A DNA stretch of 64,000 nt, taken from IMG/VR virus record IMGVR_UViG_3300031414_000001, positions 304,437-368,436 of that record; one strand, written 5' to 3'. The stretch is from a virus. Taxonomy: Duplodnaviria > Heunggongvirae > Uroviricota > Caudoviricetes. Shown piece by piece: positions 53,653 through 61,860 of this stretch; position 1 is the first letter of the stretch, and each line of letters opens with the position of its first letter. Below the pieces are notes generated by a model that had not been told where the DNA came from, made no database searches, and saw only the letters and a list, made by a program, of their open reading frames with translations. The translations under genes and the position numbers were made by a program.

Positions 53653-53834
53653 TTTGTCTCCTTCAAGACTACTTCGAAATTAGCCGTGATCATGTTGAGT
53701 TGTTCCAACTGAGCGATAGCTGCTGCTAAACCCTGTTGGGCGATGCTATAACCTGAACGATAATCGCTACTGTTTTTAGCATTATCACGTAACTGCTTCA
53801 GATTATCAATACTTTGTTGTGAAACAATTGCCAT
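53649..53834 (-). CDS. hypothetical protein
   Basis: start corrected to ATG 53834. Confidence 0.7.
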   Translation of the reverse strand: MAIVSQQSIDNLKQLRDNAKNSSDYRSGYSIAQQGLAAAIAQLEQLNMITANFEVVLKETK

Positions 53835-53851
53835 GAGTATATCCTCATAAT

Positions 53852-53942
53852 TGGTACGGGTGACGAGATTCGAACTCGTAGAACCATCAAAGGTTCGAGA
53901 GATTTTAAGTCTCTTGTGTACTGCCAATACCACCACACCCGC
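53852..53942 (-). tRNA. trnL: tRNA-Leu(UAA)
   Basis: class II cloverleaf with CCA. Confidence 0.95.
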
Positions 53943-53950
53943 ATTATACA

Positions 53951-54397
53951 TTAACCAGCGTCTAATTCATAGTACTGGTTAGAATTTTCTTCGTGTAACT
54001 CGCCCATTTTACCCCAAAAGATTAATGAACCAGTTACACCACGTCCAGCATCAAATGTGCCATCAAAGCCTTTAGTAAGAAGTCGCTTATTCATTTCTTT
54101 ATAAAGCATCTTACCATAGCCTTTCAAACGATGTTCTTCTTTGATGAACGCCTGAATATTTGTTCCCCAATAGCGATGGCTGAATTCATCGTTATGGAAC
54201 ATTGCCCCGATATACTTACCTAAGTCACTCTTTAAAAGAATGAGTTCTGAAGTACTTGCCACATCACTATCGTTAATAATGTCACGATAGCAAGTAATGA
54301 TTGTCCACGATGGTGAGTGGTACAATTCTGAATCCAGTGCTATCTGAGCTAATTCCGTTATCGGAAGGTCTTCAGGCGTTATGATTTTCATTACCAA
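53951..54397 (-). CDS. GNAT-family acetyltransferase-like protein
   Basis: FIKEEHRLKGYGKMLY motif A, ..S..FW. Confidence 0.65.
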   Translation of the reverse strand: MVMKIITPEDLPITELAQIALDSELYHSPSWTIITCYRDIINDSDVASTSELILLKSDLGKYIGAMFHNDEFSHRYWGTNIQAFIKEEHRLKGYGKMLYKEMNKRLLTKGFDGTFDAGRGVTGSLIFWGKMGELHEENSNQYYELDAG

Positions 54398-54588
54398 AGT
54401 CCTGTGTGGTTAACCGAAAAGATACGCAGGAACGCATCAATCCAAACAATTGCGAAAGGTACAAACATACCAGTCGCAGACCAAAACTTTTTAACATTCC
54501 AGGATATTGCGGCTTTAATCGAATTACTCAGATGGTAAACCGAAAACAGGAATGCCCAAAGACATATCAATGCCAGTACTGGACTCAT
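54391..54588 (-). CDS. small membrane protein
   Basis: hydrophobic. Confidence 0.65.
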   Translation of the reverse strand: MSPVLALICLWAFLFSVYHLSNSIKAAISWNVKKFWSATGMFVPFAIVWIDAFLRIFSVNHTGLW

Positions 54589-54821
54589 TTTGTCAGATCC
54601 TTAAAGTCATCGTTTGTTGGTGGTTCAATACCATCTAAACGATGATAGAATTCACCAAACAACTTACCGAGAAGAAAAGTACTGATCATGATTATCGTCA
54701 GACCAATACTACCGATTGAACCGCCAATAATTGCCCCGTACATCAGGCTCGAAACGAAACCGATTATAACAGAGATAATCAGTTGAATCAAGAAAGAAAG
54801 CTTCATGGTACAATTTCCCAA
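54585..54821 (-). CDS. small membrane protein
   Basis: hydrophobic. Confidence 0.65.
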   Translation of the reverse strand: MGNCTMKLSFLIQLIISVIIGFVSSLMYGAIIGGSIGSIGLTIIMISTFLLGKLFGEFYHRLDGIEPPTNDDFKDLTK

Positions 54822-55045
54822 TCAGTCACGTTAAGTTCATTTTGCATCAGTTCTACGTCGAAAACCATGTCATCAACGAACTGCCATGTTTTACCATTTT
54901 TGTTAATGTAGATTTCAATGTCTAATTCAACAAAATGTGGGCGACGGATATACAATCCGTTCTTAAAAGAAGTTTTCAGTACTTTTTGAATTTCTGCGAT
55001 AGTCATAAAAAATTGTGTCTCATTTGTGAATGCGATATGTATCAT
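54803..55045 (-). CDS. hypothetical protein
   Basis: ORF. Confidence 0.65.
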   Translation of the reverse strand: MIHIAFTNETQFFMTIAEIQKVLKTSFKNGLYIRRPHFVELDIEIYINKNGKTWQFVDDMVFDVELMQNELNVTDWEIVP

Positions 55046-55189
55046 CGATCATTGCTTGAGTTACAATTCGACCGATTCCTTCTGCGACTGCGTTAATAAC
55101 AATCGCACCAACGATTACAAGAAGTAATCCAAATAGGATAAAACAAGCATTGTCTTTTAAGTACTTCAGCATGAGTTTACCCTCTCAAA

Positions 55190-55478
55190 TAGGAGCCGCA
55201 TAGGGGTGTCGATCCCCTCTCAAGTGAACGCATCAACCAGACACTCGGAAAATTCTTCCCGTCACTCTATCACAATACCGCTATTGATACTTGTACTTTC
55301 CTGTGCACCATCCAGTACTTTCTCTCAGTGATGAATGGGAATCGAACCCACCCACGGCATAATTCTTAATTAAAAACCTACAAGTGACGCTTTGACCACT
55401 AAGCTATCGCCCTGTACCTCTCGGTATGGCGGGCCACCAAGACCACGTACTGACCGTGGATCTTCACTTGTAGGGTAC
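55190..55478 (-). ncRNA. composite tRNA-like structured RNA candidate
   Basis: D arm, several T-arm-like hairpins and 11-bp CCTACAAGTGA/TCACTTGTAGG helix in a 290-nt gap. Confidence 0.55.
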
Positions 55479-55482
55479 TACA

Positions 55483-55803
55483 TTAGTTTACCAGCAGTAC
55501 GTAATAACCGCCGACATAGGATACGTCATCATAAGATGGTGTATCTTCGTCGTCTTCATCCATATGCTGATCGTATTCGTCTTCCTGAATAACACGAATC
55601 CACGGTACGCCGTCAACTTCAACGTCAATGGTGTGATCCCAATTACCGTTGAAAACGTAATCGTCGATTTCTTCCGCAATTTTATCAATATGCGGCGTGA
55701 AGTCAAATTTGGGTTTGAAGTGCTCTACGAATTGTTGAGCAAGTTCACGTGCTTCTTCAGCAGAAGTTTTACCCTGGTATGGCATCATGAAATTTTGATT
55801 CAT
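55483..55803 (-). CDS. acidic hypothetical protein
   Basis: ORF. Confidence 0.75.
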   Translation of the reverse strand: MNQNFMMPYQGKTSAEEARELAQQFVEHFKPKFDFTPHIDKIAEEIDDYVFNGNWDHTIDVEVDGVPWIRVIQEDEYDQHMDEDDEDTPSYDDVSYVGGYYVLLVN

Positions 55804-55828
55804 GTTTCAGTACTCCACTATTAGTGAA

Positions 55829-55918
55829 TGGTGATCCCGGCTGGATTCGAACCAGCGATGTGTCATTAACTGTATTCAATTATGAGTTGAGTGCCTTCGG
55901 CCTCTAGGCAACGGGACC
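55829..55918 (-). tRNA. tRNA(CAU) with 18-nt variable arm
   Basis: acceptor GGTCCCG/CGGGATC-ACCA, loop CTCATAA. Confidence 0.8.
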
Positions 55919-56071
55919 AGCTTTTGGTTTCTCCTGACCGCAGTACTCGCATTGTACTACTACAGTCGGTTCGCCACCTTCAACACCATTGATGAACTCA
56001 GATGGTATTGATTGTTTTTGGTAATTGTGACCAGCACCGCTGGCTACGCATTCATCATACGGTTGAGACAT
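55904..56071 (-). CDS. small Cys-containing protein (55 aa)
   Basis: MSQPYDECVASGAGH...QCEYCGQ; TAG stop inside tRNA. Confidence 0.55.
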   Translation of the reverse strand: MSQPYDECVASGAGHNYQKQSIPSEFINGVEGGEPTVVVQCEYCGQEKPKAGPVA

Positions 56072-56079
56072 TGTGTACC

Positions 56080-56277
56080 TCACTTATTCCGACGCATTAG
56101 CTTACGCAACATTAAAGTTGGCATAGCTGGTTTTTTCAATTCTTCTTGTACCTGGTTGAATGATTCTTCCGACAGTACTTTACGGTTTCCAGTACTATTA
56201 CACGGAACACATTCATATACCATTCCATCACCTGCGTAATGATAACCAGTACCTGAACAAGATTCGCATTCTGACAT
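56080..56277 (-). CDS. small zinc-finger protein (DnaJ-type CxxCxGxG)
   Basis: CESCSGTG...CVPCNSTG. Confidence 0.7.
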   Translation of the reverse strand: MSECESCSGTGYHYAGDGMVYECVPCNSTGNRKVLSEESFNQVQEELKKPAMPTLMLRKLMRRNK

Positions 56278-56296
56278 AGTGCTATCTCCATTAAAA

Positions 56297-56407
56297 GGTG
56301 CTAAGAACAGGATTCGAACCTGTAAGGAAGCCTCGCGGTACTTCCCACGTCCTATTGTCGCTTTCGCTATCGTCAGACGCTACGTTTACCAATTCCGTCA
56401 TCTCAGC
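56297..56407 (-). ncRNA. class II tRNA-like RNA with 24-nt anticodon loop and 23-nt variable arm
   Basis: GCTGAGA/TCTTAGC, Leu-type D arm, GCGTC/GACGT stem, canonical T arm. Confidence 0.7.
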
Positions 56408-56408
56408 G

Positions 56409-56473
56409 TGGCGGGGATATTCCGCACCCTACTCTGCGTTGGAAGCCAAAGGGTGTTATCGGCTATATGCCCC
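56409..56473 (-). pseudogene. degenerate mini-tRNA-like sequence ending G-CCA
   Basis: GGGG(C)ATA/TATCCCC-G-CCA; TTCCAAC loop; no proper T arm. Confidence 0.3.
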
Positions 56474-56580
56474 ATAGTGTTTGGTGAGAAAGGTTCAGGC
56501 TACCTTGAATAGAATACAGGACTTAAGTGCAAGTTGCTGAACTCTTACACACCCTCATTTCATCGGTTCTTTCTCATTTG

Positions 56581-56653
56581 TGGCTCATACCAGATTCGAA
56601 CTGGTGTGGACAGAGATTTAGAGTCTCCCGCTACGCCTCTCAGCTAATGAGCC
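56581..56653 (-). tRNA. amber suppressor tRNA (anticodon CUA)
   Basis: intact cloverleaf GGCTCAT/ATGAGCC, GGAGA-CT-CTA-AA-TCTCT, canonical T arm. Confidence 0.92.
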
Positions 56654-56737
56654 ATTCATTCATTTGATACGTTTATTATACCAGAGTTTTCGAAGTCGTT
56701 CCAGCTTTTTTTCAAAAATTTTCACGACTTCAATCAC

Positions 56738-57010
56738 TTAGGCGTCACAGTCATCGTAAGTACGAAAACGATTCTGGTCAACCAGGAACACTTGTGTCCA
56801 TTCATCACCATCTTCGAGTTCCACTCGACCGAGACTCACACCGACTTCAACATCATGAACCCAAATACCTTCACGTAAGTAAGGCTTAGTTTCATAAGCA
56901 TCCATCCAGCCAGTATAGCTAATGACTAAGTAATGAAGTCCAGCAGGAACATCAATTACACAACCATTAACAACAACGGTTCGAACACTAGGTGGTTTCA
57001 AAATTTTCAT
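56738..57010 (-). CDS. hypothetical protein
   Basis: ORF. Confidence 0.75.
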   Translation of the reverse strand: MKILKPPSVRTVVVNGCVIDVPAGLHYLVISYTGWMDAYETKPYLREGIWVHDVEVGVSLGRVELEDGDEWTQVFLVDQNRFRTYDDCDA

Positions 57011-57261
57011 TTCGATTCACCGTGAACGAATTGCATCGCCGTTTCTAAACCAGTACGAAGATTATCATACGCAGTCTGAAGCTCAGGGCGATCACCTTTG
57101 CCTTTACCGTAGTCACCACGATTCATAATGATTTCATGGTCAACCAGGTGACGAAGAATACGCAGTTCAGAAGTCCAGTACTTTTTATCTTTCGCACAAC
57201 CAGACTTAGCACGTAATTCACGATAGCCCTGAACAGCATTATAGACTTCACTGTTAGTCAT
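57007..57261 (-). CDS. hypothetical protein
   Basis: ORF. Confidence 0.75.
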   Translation of the reverse strand: MTNSEVYNAVQGYRELRAKSGCAKDKKYWTSELRILRHLVDHEIIMNRGDYGKGKGDRPELQTAYDNLRTGLETAMQFVHGESK

Positions 57262-57434
57262 GATTACTTCCTCGCGAAATCCACGAATACGACATTGCTA
57301 TCTTTGTTAATCATAGCTTTCAGTCGTGCCTTTTGTTCATCACTCATTGGAGTGACATAACCACGTGTCGGTAAATCTTTCATTTCGTACCTCTCGTTGG
57401 TAGGAGTACATAATACTCTTTAACGCACTGCCTG

Positions 57435-57548
57435 TCAAGGACTTTTTTTGTCTTTTTTCGACGGTAACTCATGAACAGGCATGGTCGGCGTCTTAAGAAC
57501 ATCCTTCAAACGATCCAGTGGATTTTCTTTCTTAGGTTCTTTACTCAT
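57435..57548 (-). CDS. small basic peptide
   Basis: GGGAGG RBS, ATG 57548. Confidence 0.55.
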   Translation of the reverse strand: MSKEPKKENPLDRLKDVLKTPTMPVHELPSKKDKKSP

Positions 57549-57633
57549 ATGGCCTCCCCTAATCAATACAGCTATTCTAACAGAACCCTGTACCTTATGC
57601 AAATAAAAAACCCAGCACGTGGCTGGGCATGTA

Positions 57634-57710
57634 TGGCCTTCCCTGAAGGATTCGAACCTTCGACCCACGGCTTAGAAGGCCGTTGCTCTATTCCACTGAG
57701 CTAAGGGAAG
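57634..57710 (-). tRNA. trnR: tRNA-Arg(UCU)
   Basis: cloverleaf with CCA. Confidence 0.95.
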
Positions 57711-57740
57711 ATAAAGTACTACATTGTAGTACTATAATAT

Positions 57741-58091
57741 TTATTGAAGCTGAGCTTCATCAAATGGTGTGTACGTAATCTGAGCCTTTTGACTCTTACC
57801 ATTGTAGTAGTAAGTACAGGAAGTGTCGCCTGGTTCTTCACCATGAACTACAACCGTGAAAAGTACACCGCTGTACAGTTCAGATAGTTGCTTCATGTGA
57901 TCTTCATGTTCGTACCAGTACGTTTCATCAATACTTACAATACCATCATTTCCACTAACGGAAAATGTCTCATTTGGTTCTAACGCTTTCAGATCTTCCA
58001 GTAAAGCTGGCATACTGAGTTTCGCACTCTGAATACCACGTGGAAGTTTATGCAGTTTAGCACGAATATCAAAAGTAGATGTGTAACCCAT
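57741..58091 (-). CDS. hypothetical protein
   Basis: ORF; WYEHED..HGEE motif. Confidence 0.75.
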   Translation of the reverse strand: MGYTSTFDIRAKLHKLPRGIQSAKLSMPALLEDLKALEPNETFSVSGNDGIVSIDETYWYEHEDHMKQLSELYSGVLFTVVVHGEEPGDTSCTYYYNGKSQKAQITYTPFDEAQLQ

Positions 58092-58095
58092 TTTA

Positions 58096-58290
58096 TTACG
58101 CCTCAGTTTGTTCCTGAACGTCTAACTCCAGGAAGTTATCTAAATCTTCAGTACTACAAGTGTCAATCCACGATTGACGCAATTCAGCAGTTTCAAAAAT
58201 AAAAATACTTTCCTTGTATTCAAAACCATATGGTACACCATACGATTCTTGTAAATCATCACGTAGATTGATTTCATCTTTCGCAATCAT
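58096..58290 (-). CDS. hypothetical protein
   Basis: ORF. Confidence 0.7.
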   Translation of the reverse strand: MIAKDEINLRDDLQESYGVPYGFEYKESIFIFETAELRQSWIDTCSTEDLDNFLELDVQEQTEA

Positions 58291-58299
58291 ACTTCTTCC

Positions 58300-58713
58300 T
58301 TATGTACTCTTAGAGTACTTTACTTTAACTTCGTGTTCGATACCATTAGCATCGAAATAAGTTACTGTTACACCAGTTAATGATGACCAGCAACCTTCAT
58401 GACAAGGCCAATTCAGACAATCGAGTTCTTCGAAATCTTCAGGGGCTTCGTCACAATCATACATTTCGAAGAATAACCAGAAACCTTCAGCTTCATCATA
58501 ATTGTCATAACCACCTTTACCACGTGGATACAGGTTTTGACAATTCTTCAGTACTTCAAGGAGCTTTTTAACGATTTCAGGATCTTCATATACCGCTTCT
58601 TCAGTATCATAGAAATCAGCATCACCATGCATGAAATCCATTTTTACCACATATTTGTTTTTATGTGGTGCTACTGGAACGATAGGGTTCAGTACTGTTA
58701 ATTCAACATTCAT
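58300..58713 (-). CDS. hypothetical protein (MHGDAD family)
   Basis: KMDFMHGDADFY...VTYFDANG. Confidence 0.8.
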   Translation of the reverse strand: MNVELTVLNPIVPVAPHKNKYVVKMDFMHGDADFYDTEEAVYEDPEIVKKLLEVLKNCQNLYPRGKGGYDNYDEAEGFWLFFEMYDCDEAPEDFEELDCLNWPCHEGCWSSLTGVTVTYFDANGIEHEVKVKYSKST

Positions 58714-58716
58714 AAC

Positions 58717-59160
58717 TTACTCACTCAGTGCGTTAAACTTCTTCATTAGTAATTCATAATCATCAATTACAGGATGAACTTTAGTTTCTGGTTTAGCATA
58801 AGCCGCAAAATCCAGAATAAAAGTACAACCAGTACAGTCACCGTAACCACTAAAGGTAACTACCAAATGATCATTTGGACCATAATTCCCATTCTCGGCA
58901 ATTGATTTTGCCATAGAGAAGATATATCCCATATTACCCTTTTCAGTACTGAAAAGGACTTTATGAGCATCTTCACGACAATTCTTTTCACCAATCTTAT
59001 GATACAGATGTGCATCATAACGTTTAATGTACTCATGTTCAAACAAATCATATGTTTGTTCAGGAGTGAAGTACTGTAACTGTAAAGTACAGAGATCGTG
59101 AAGACCGGAGTTTTCACCTTCAAAGATAAACGTTTGGAATTTCAAAGTTGGTTCTTTCAT
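58717..59160 (-). CDS. hypothetical protein
   Basis: ORF. Confidence 0.75.
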   Translation of the reverse strand: MKEPTLKFQTFIFEGENSGLHDLCTLQLQYFTPEQTYDLFEHEYIKRYDAHLYHKIGEKNCREDAHKVLFSTEKGNMGYIFSMAKSIAENGNYGPNDHLVVTFSGYGDCTGCTFILDFAAYAKPETKVHPVIDDYELLMKKFNALSE

Positions 59161-59207
59161 AAGGATGTTACCTTAAAAAAAGCACTCCCGAAGAAGTGCT
59201 GTTTTTG

Positions 59208-59774
59208 TTATTTAGGTAAAGAGTTTAAGTACCTCTTACCCGCCTGGATAAGTTTCTTCTTTTTGATTTTAAAAGAAGTACTATCCTGTCCACCAAACAT
59301 TGTACAGTTCGCAAGGATTTCAGCCCAAGCAGTTATATACAGAGTAGGTGCTAAAGGATCAGTCCAGATAGTATCAAAGTCTTCTGACTTAGCCATATGG
59401 AATGTCATATCTTTACGCATCAATTCTGAAATAACTGATTCTTCAGGAAATAGGTGCATCCACACATCAGCACTAACATTAGCGTGGTCGGGGAAGTGAA
59501 CCTTTCCTTCGTCATCAACAGTACGACACAATGGTTTACCACAATCATGATATTCTTGATAACGCAGTACAATATCATCTGGCAGAATCTTATCTTTGAT
59601 TTTGCCATATACTTCAAGAAGTACAGGATCGCCCTATCCAGTATCTAATTCAGAGATCAGTACTTTATACTGTTCCTGAACCATAAGACCATGTGCGTGA
59701 ACACTAAGACCTTTCATCTGTTCGGTAGTCTGCATTACATGAAGTAGTTCTTCGAAAGTGTTAGGATAAATCAT
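59208..59774 (-). CDS. HD-domain phosphohydrolase-like protein with in-frame TAG (codon 47)
   Basis: ATG 59774 overlaps upstream stop; VHAHG...TAG(59634-59636)...YHDCGKP...HFPDHA..S. Confidence 0.75.
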
Positions 59775-60115
59775 TTAGCACCTCCGCGAAACAATTGAAA
59801 TTTCTTGAAGATACTACGCTGTTCAGCGGTTACTGGAGCACTAGCAAAGGCAGTAAAGCCATAATCCCAATCAGGTTCATGGAACTGGACAAATCCAATA
59901 CCAGAATCTTTGAGTTCATCATATGCTTTTTGTAACTTATGTTTATTCTTACATGAGATAACAATCAGAGAACTAGTCTCAGTACTGTTATTTTCGAAGG
60001 CCAAGCCGCTTTCATAAGCTGCGTGGTTTGATTGTACCACAATTTGTTCTAACGGTAAGTCCGTGCGAACAAATACGTAGATCCAAGTTTTTTCATTCTA
60101 GTGAGCCATTTTCAT
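59771..60115 (-). CDS. PTH2-like peptidyl-tRNA hydrolase with in-frame TAG (codon 6)
   Basis: GAGGAA-ATG AAA ATG GCT CAC TAG AAT...WIYVFVRTDL...VQSNHA...FHEPD..TA. Confidence 0.75.
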
Positions 60116-60138
60116 TTCCTCTATTTTGGTTTACTTAA

Positions 60139-60339
60139 TTACTCTTTGAATTCTTCCCAACGCCACAAATTACCATGTACTGGCATTGTGTCTAAATTGT
60201 CATGTACGGTTTCACCGTTATGGACAATTGGCATTGAAAGCTGGAAGCGTTCTGGATTGGTTAACATATAACTAGCCTCTACTACCGTACCTAACGGAAT
60301 TCGAGAACTATCGGAATATACACATACGAATTTTGGCAT
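60139..60339 (-). CDS. hypothetical protein
   Basis: ATG 60339 after GAGGAG RBS. Confidence 0.75.
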   Translation of the reverse strand: MPKFVCVYSDSSRIPLGTVVEASYMLTNPERFQLSMPIVHNGETVHDNLDTMPVHGNLWRWEEFKE

Positions 60340-60360
60340 GATATTTCTCCTCAATTAAAA

Positions 60361-60614
60361 GGCCGTTGATAGTGTGTTATTACACCAAAGTCTCTAAGGG
60401 TCTATATTAGCATCTACTACAGAAGTCGCACCACACGCCCTTCTTATAATATCAGATACACGCCGCCCGTGTGTACCAAACTAATATAACTGTATCCGGT
60501 CTTTTCTTCCCCTGAGCTTATACGTTGGTACTAAGTGGTGTATTTTCCCATACGGATCGCTCTCGACACTCTTTAAATGATGGCTACCTTTAGGCCAACA
60601 TCCTAACAACGGTC
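60361..60614 (-). ncRNA. ~254-nt RNA containing a 23S rRNA H43/H44 (L11-binding) mimic
   Basis: terminal stem GACCGTTGTTAG/CTATCAACGGCC; AGGATGTTGGC-CTAAAGGT-AGCCATCATTTAAAGAGTG. Confidence 0.7.
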
Positions 60615-60622
60615 AGTGTTTG

Positions 60623-60820
60623 TTACATTTGAACCAGTTTGATTTCAACTAGTTCTACTTTGAAGTCAGGATGTTCATCTTCCCAATCTTCGCCGTATAG
60701 ACGCACCATTTCATCAACAGCATCGCCTCGGTATTTGAACATAGTAGTGAGGAACAGATCCGTTGTACGTGAATCATGTCCAGCCCAATACTTAGTACTG
60801 TATTCTTGTTCTAATTTCAT
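60623..60820 (-). CDS. hypothetical protein
   Basis: ORF. Confidence 0.7.
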   Translation of the reverse strand: MKLEQEYSTKYWAGHDSRTTDLFLTTMFKYRGDAVDEMVRLYGEDWEDEHPDFKVELVEIKLVQM

Positions 60821-61149
60821 GCGGTTGCCTTATACTTTTCATCCATCGCATCGAGGAATTCAGAATGAGTATAGTACTGTTTATAGTTATTATACTCATA
60901 CTCAAAGTGTTCAGTGTAAATAGCCTTTAAACGTTCATCAGTACTGCTGATGACATTATAAGCCGTTTGGATTAAAGCTTTGATCATGGAACTTTTGATA
61001 TTGAAATAAATCAAGTCCTGACCATGATGACAAGAATAAGTTTCAGTACTTTTCATTTCCTGAATTTTCTTGTCACGCAAAATGAACTGACGCCCATTCA
61101 TTTCAAGGGCATTACCGAGTTCCAGTAATGTACTTACACCAATTTCCAT
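60817..61149 (-). CDS. hypothetical protein
   Basis: ORF. Confidence 0.75.
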   Translation of the reverse strand: MEIGVSTLLELGNALEMNGRQFILRDKKIQEMKSTETYSCHHGQDLIYFNIKSSMIKALIQTAYNVISSTDERLKAIYTEHFEYEYNNYKQYYTHSEFLDAMDEKYKATA

Positions 61150-61158
61150 GATCTCACC

Positions 61159-61860
61159 TTAGTAGCTATCGTAGTTGTCAGGATGTAAGATAGTAACCTC
61201 AATTACATCGTTGACATATTTTTCGTTCTCATAGAACACAATAACCTTACCATGATTGACAGAATCAATCAAGTACCGCAAGATACCTTTTTTCGTATAA
61301 AACCGCTCGATCACGCCTGTATCTTCAATTACAACACCATCAATCATTGTGCTGAATTGTACTTCATCCAGGCGACGTGGCTTACCACGCATGAAGTTCT
61401 TAAGATCTTCCTGCTGTTTCCACGCATGTTCACGTTTCAGACGAGTTGCGTTACGTACCATATATTCTACAGTACTGTAGTCAAATTCTTGAACCGTAGT
61501 CAAAGTGCCTTGTCCGTAAACATGAGTTACACGAATACCATAACGTGGTAGTTCAACGTAGTACGTTGGAAACACTTCAGTTGGATCTTCGTAGGTAGAA
61601 CGAGCGTTTTTGTCAATGTAGTTCCAGAACAGTTTAGACAATTCCGGTACTACTTCACCTTCATAAGTTGGGTGGAACGTGTAAGAACCATCTACAAAGA
61701 AGGTACGCAGATGCTGAAGTTCAGCAAGAAATTGTTCTTCCGTGTATGCTTTTTCCTGTTCAGGAGTAAAGCCGTACAAAGAAATAAAGAATTCATCTGG
61801 AGACATTTTTTCAATTTCTTCTAAAGCTCGGTCAAGAGCTTCTTTCATTTTTTCGTTCAT
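61159..61860 (-). CDS. hypothetical protein
   Basis: ORF. Confidence 0.8.
   Translation of the reverse strand: MNEKMKEALDRALEEIEKMSPDEFFISLYGFTPEQEKAYTEEQFLAELQHLRTFFVDGSYTFHPTYEGEVVPELSKLFWNYIDKNARSTYEDPTEVFPTYYVELPRYGIRVTHVYGQGTLTTVQEFDYSTVEYMVRNATRLKREHAWKQQEDLKNFMRGKPRRLDEVQFSTMIDGVVIEDTGVIERFYTKKGILRYLIDSVNHGKVIVFYENEKYVNDVIEVTILHPDNYDSY

Noticed and set aside
24600-53951. ORF-track starts extending into tRNA or ncRNA genes (24675, 32898, 34234, 35110, 40825, 41512, 53951)
   Set aside because: Artefacts; better ATG plus RBS found downstream and coordinates corrected
55190-55478. Standard tmRNA
   Set aside because: No GGGGC 5' end pairing with a CCA 3' end and no recognisable tag reading frame; kept only as an unassigned RNA
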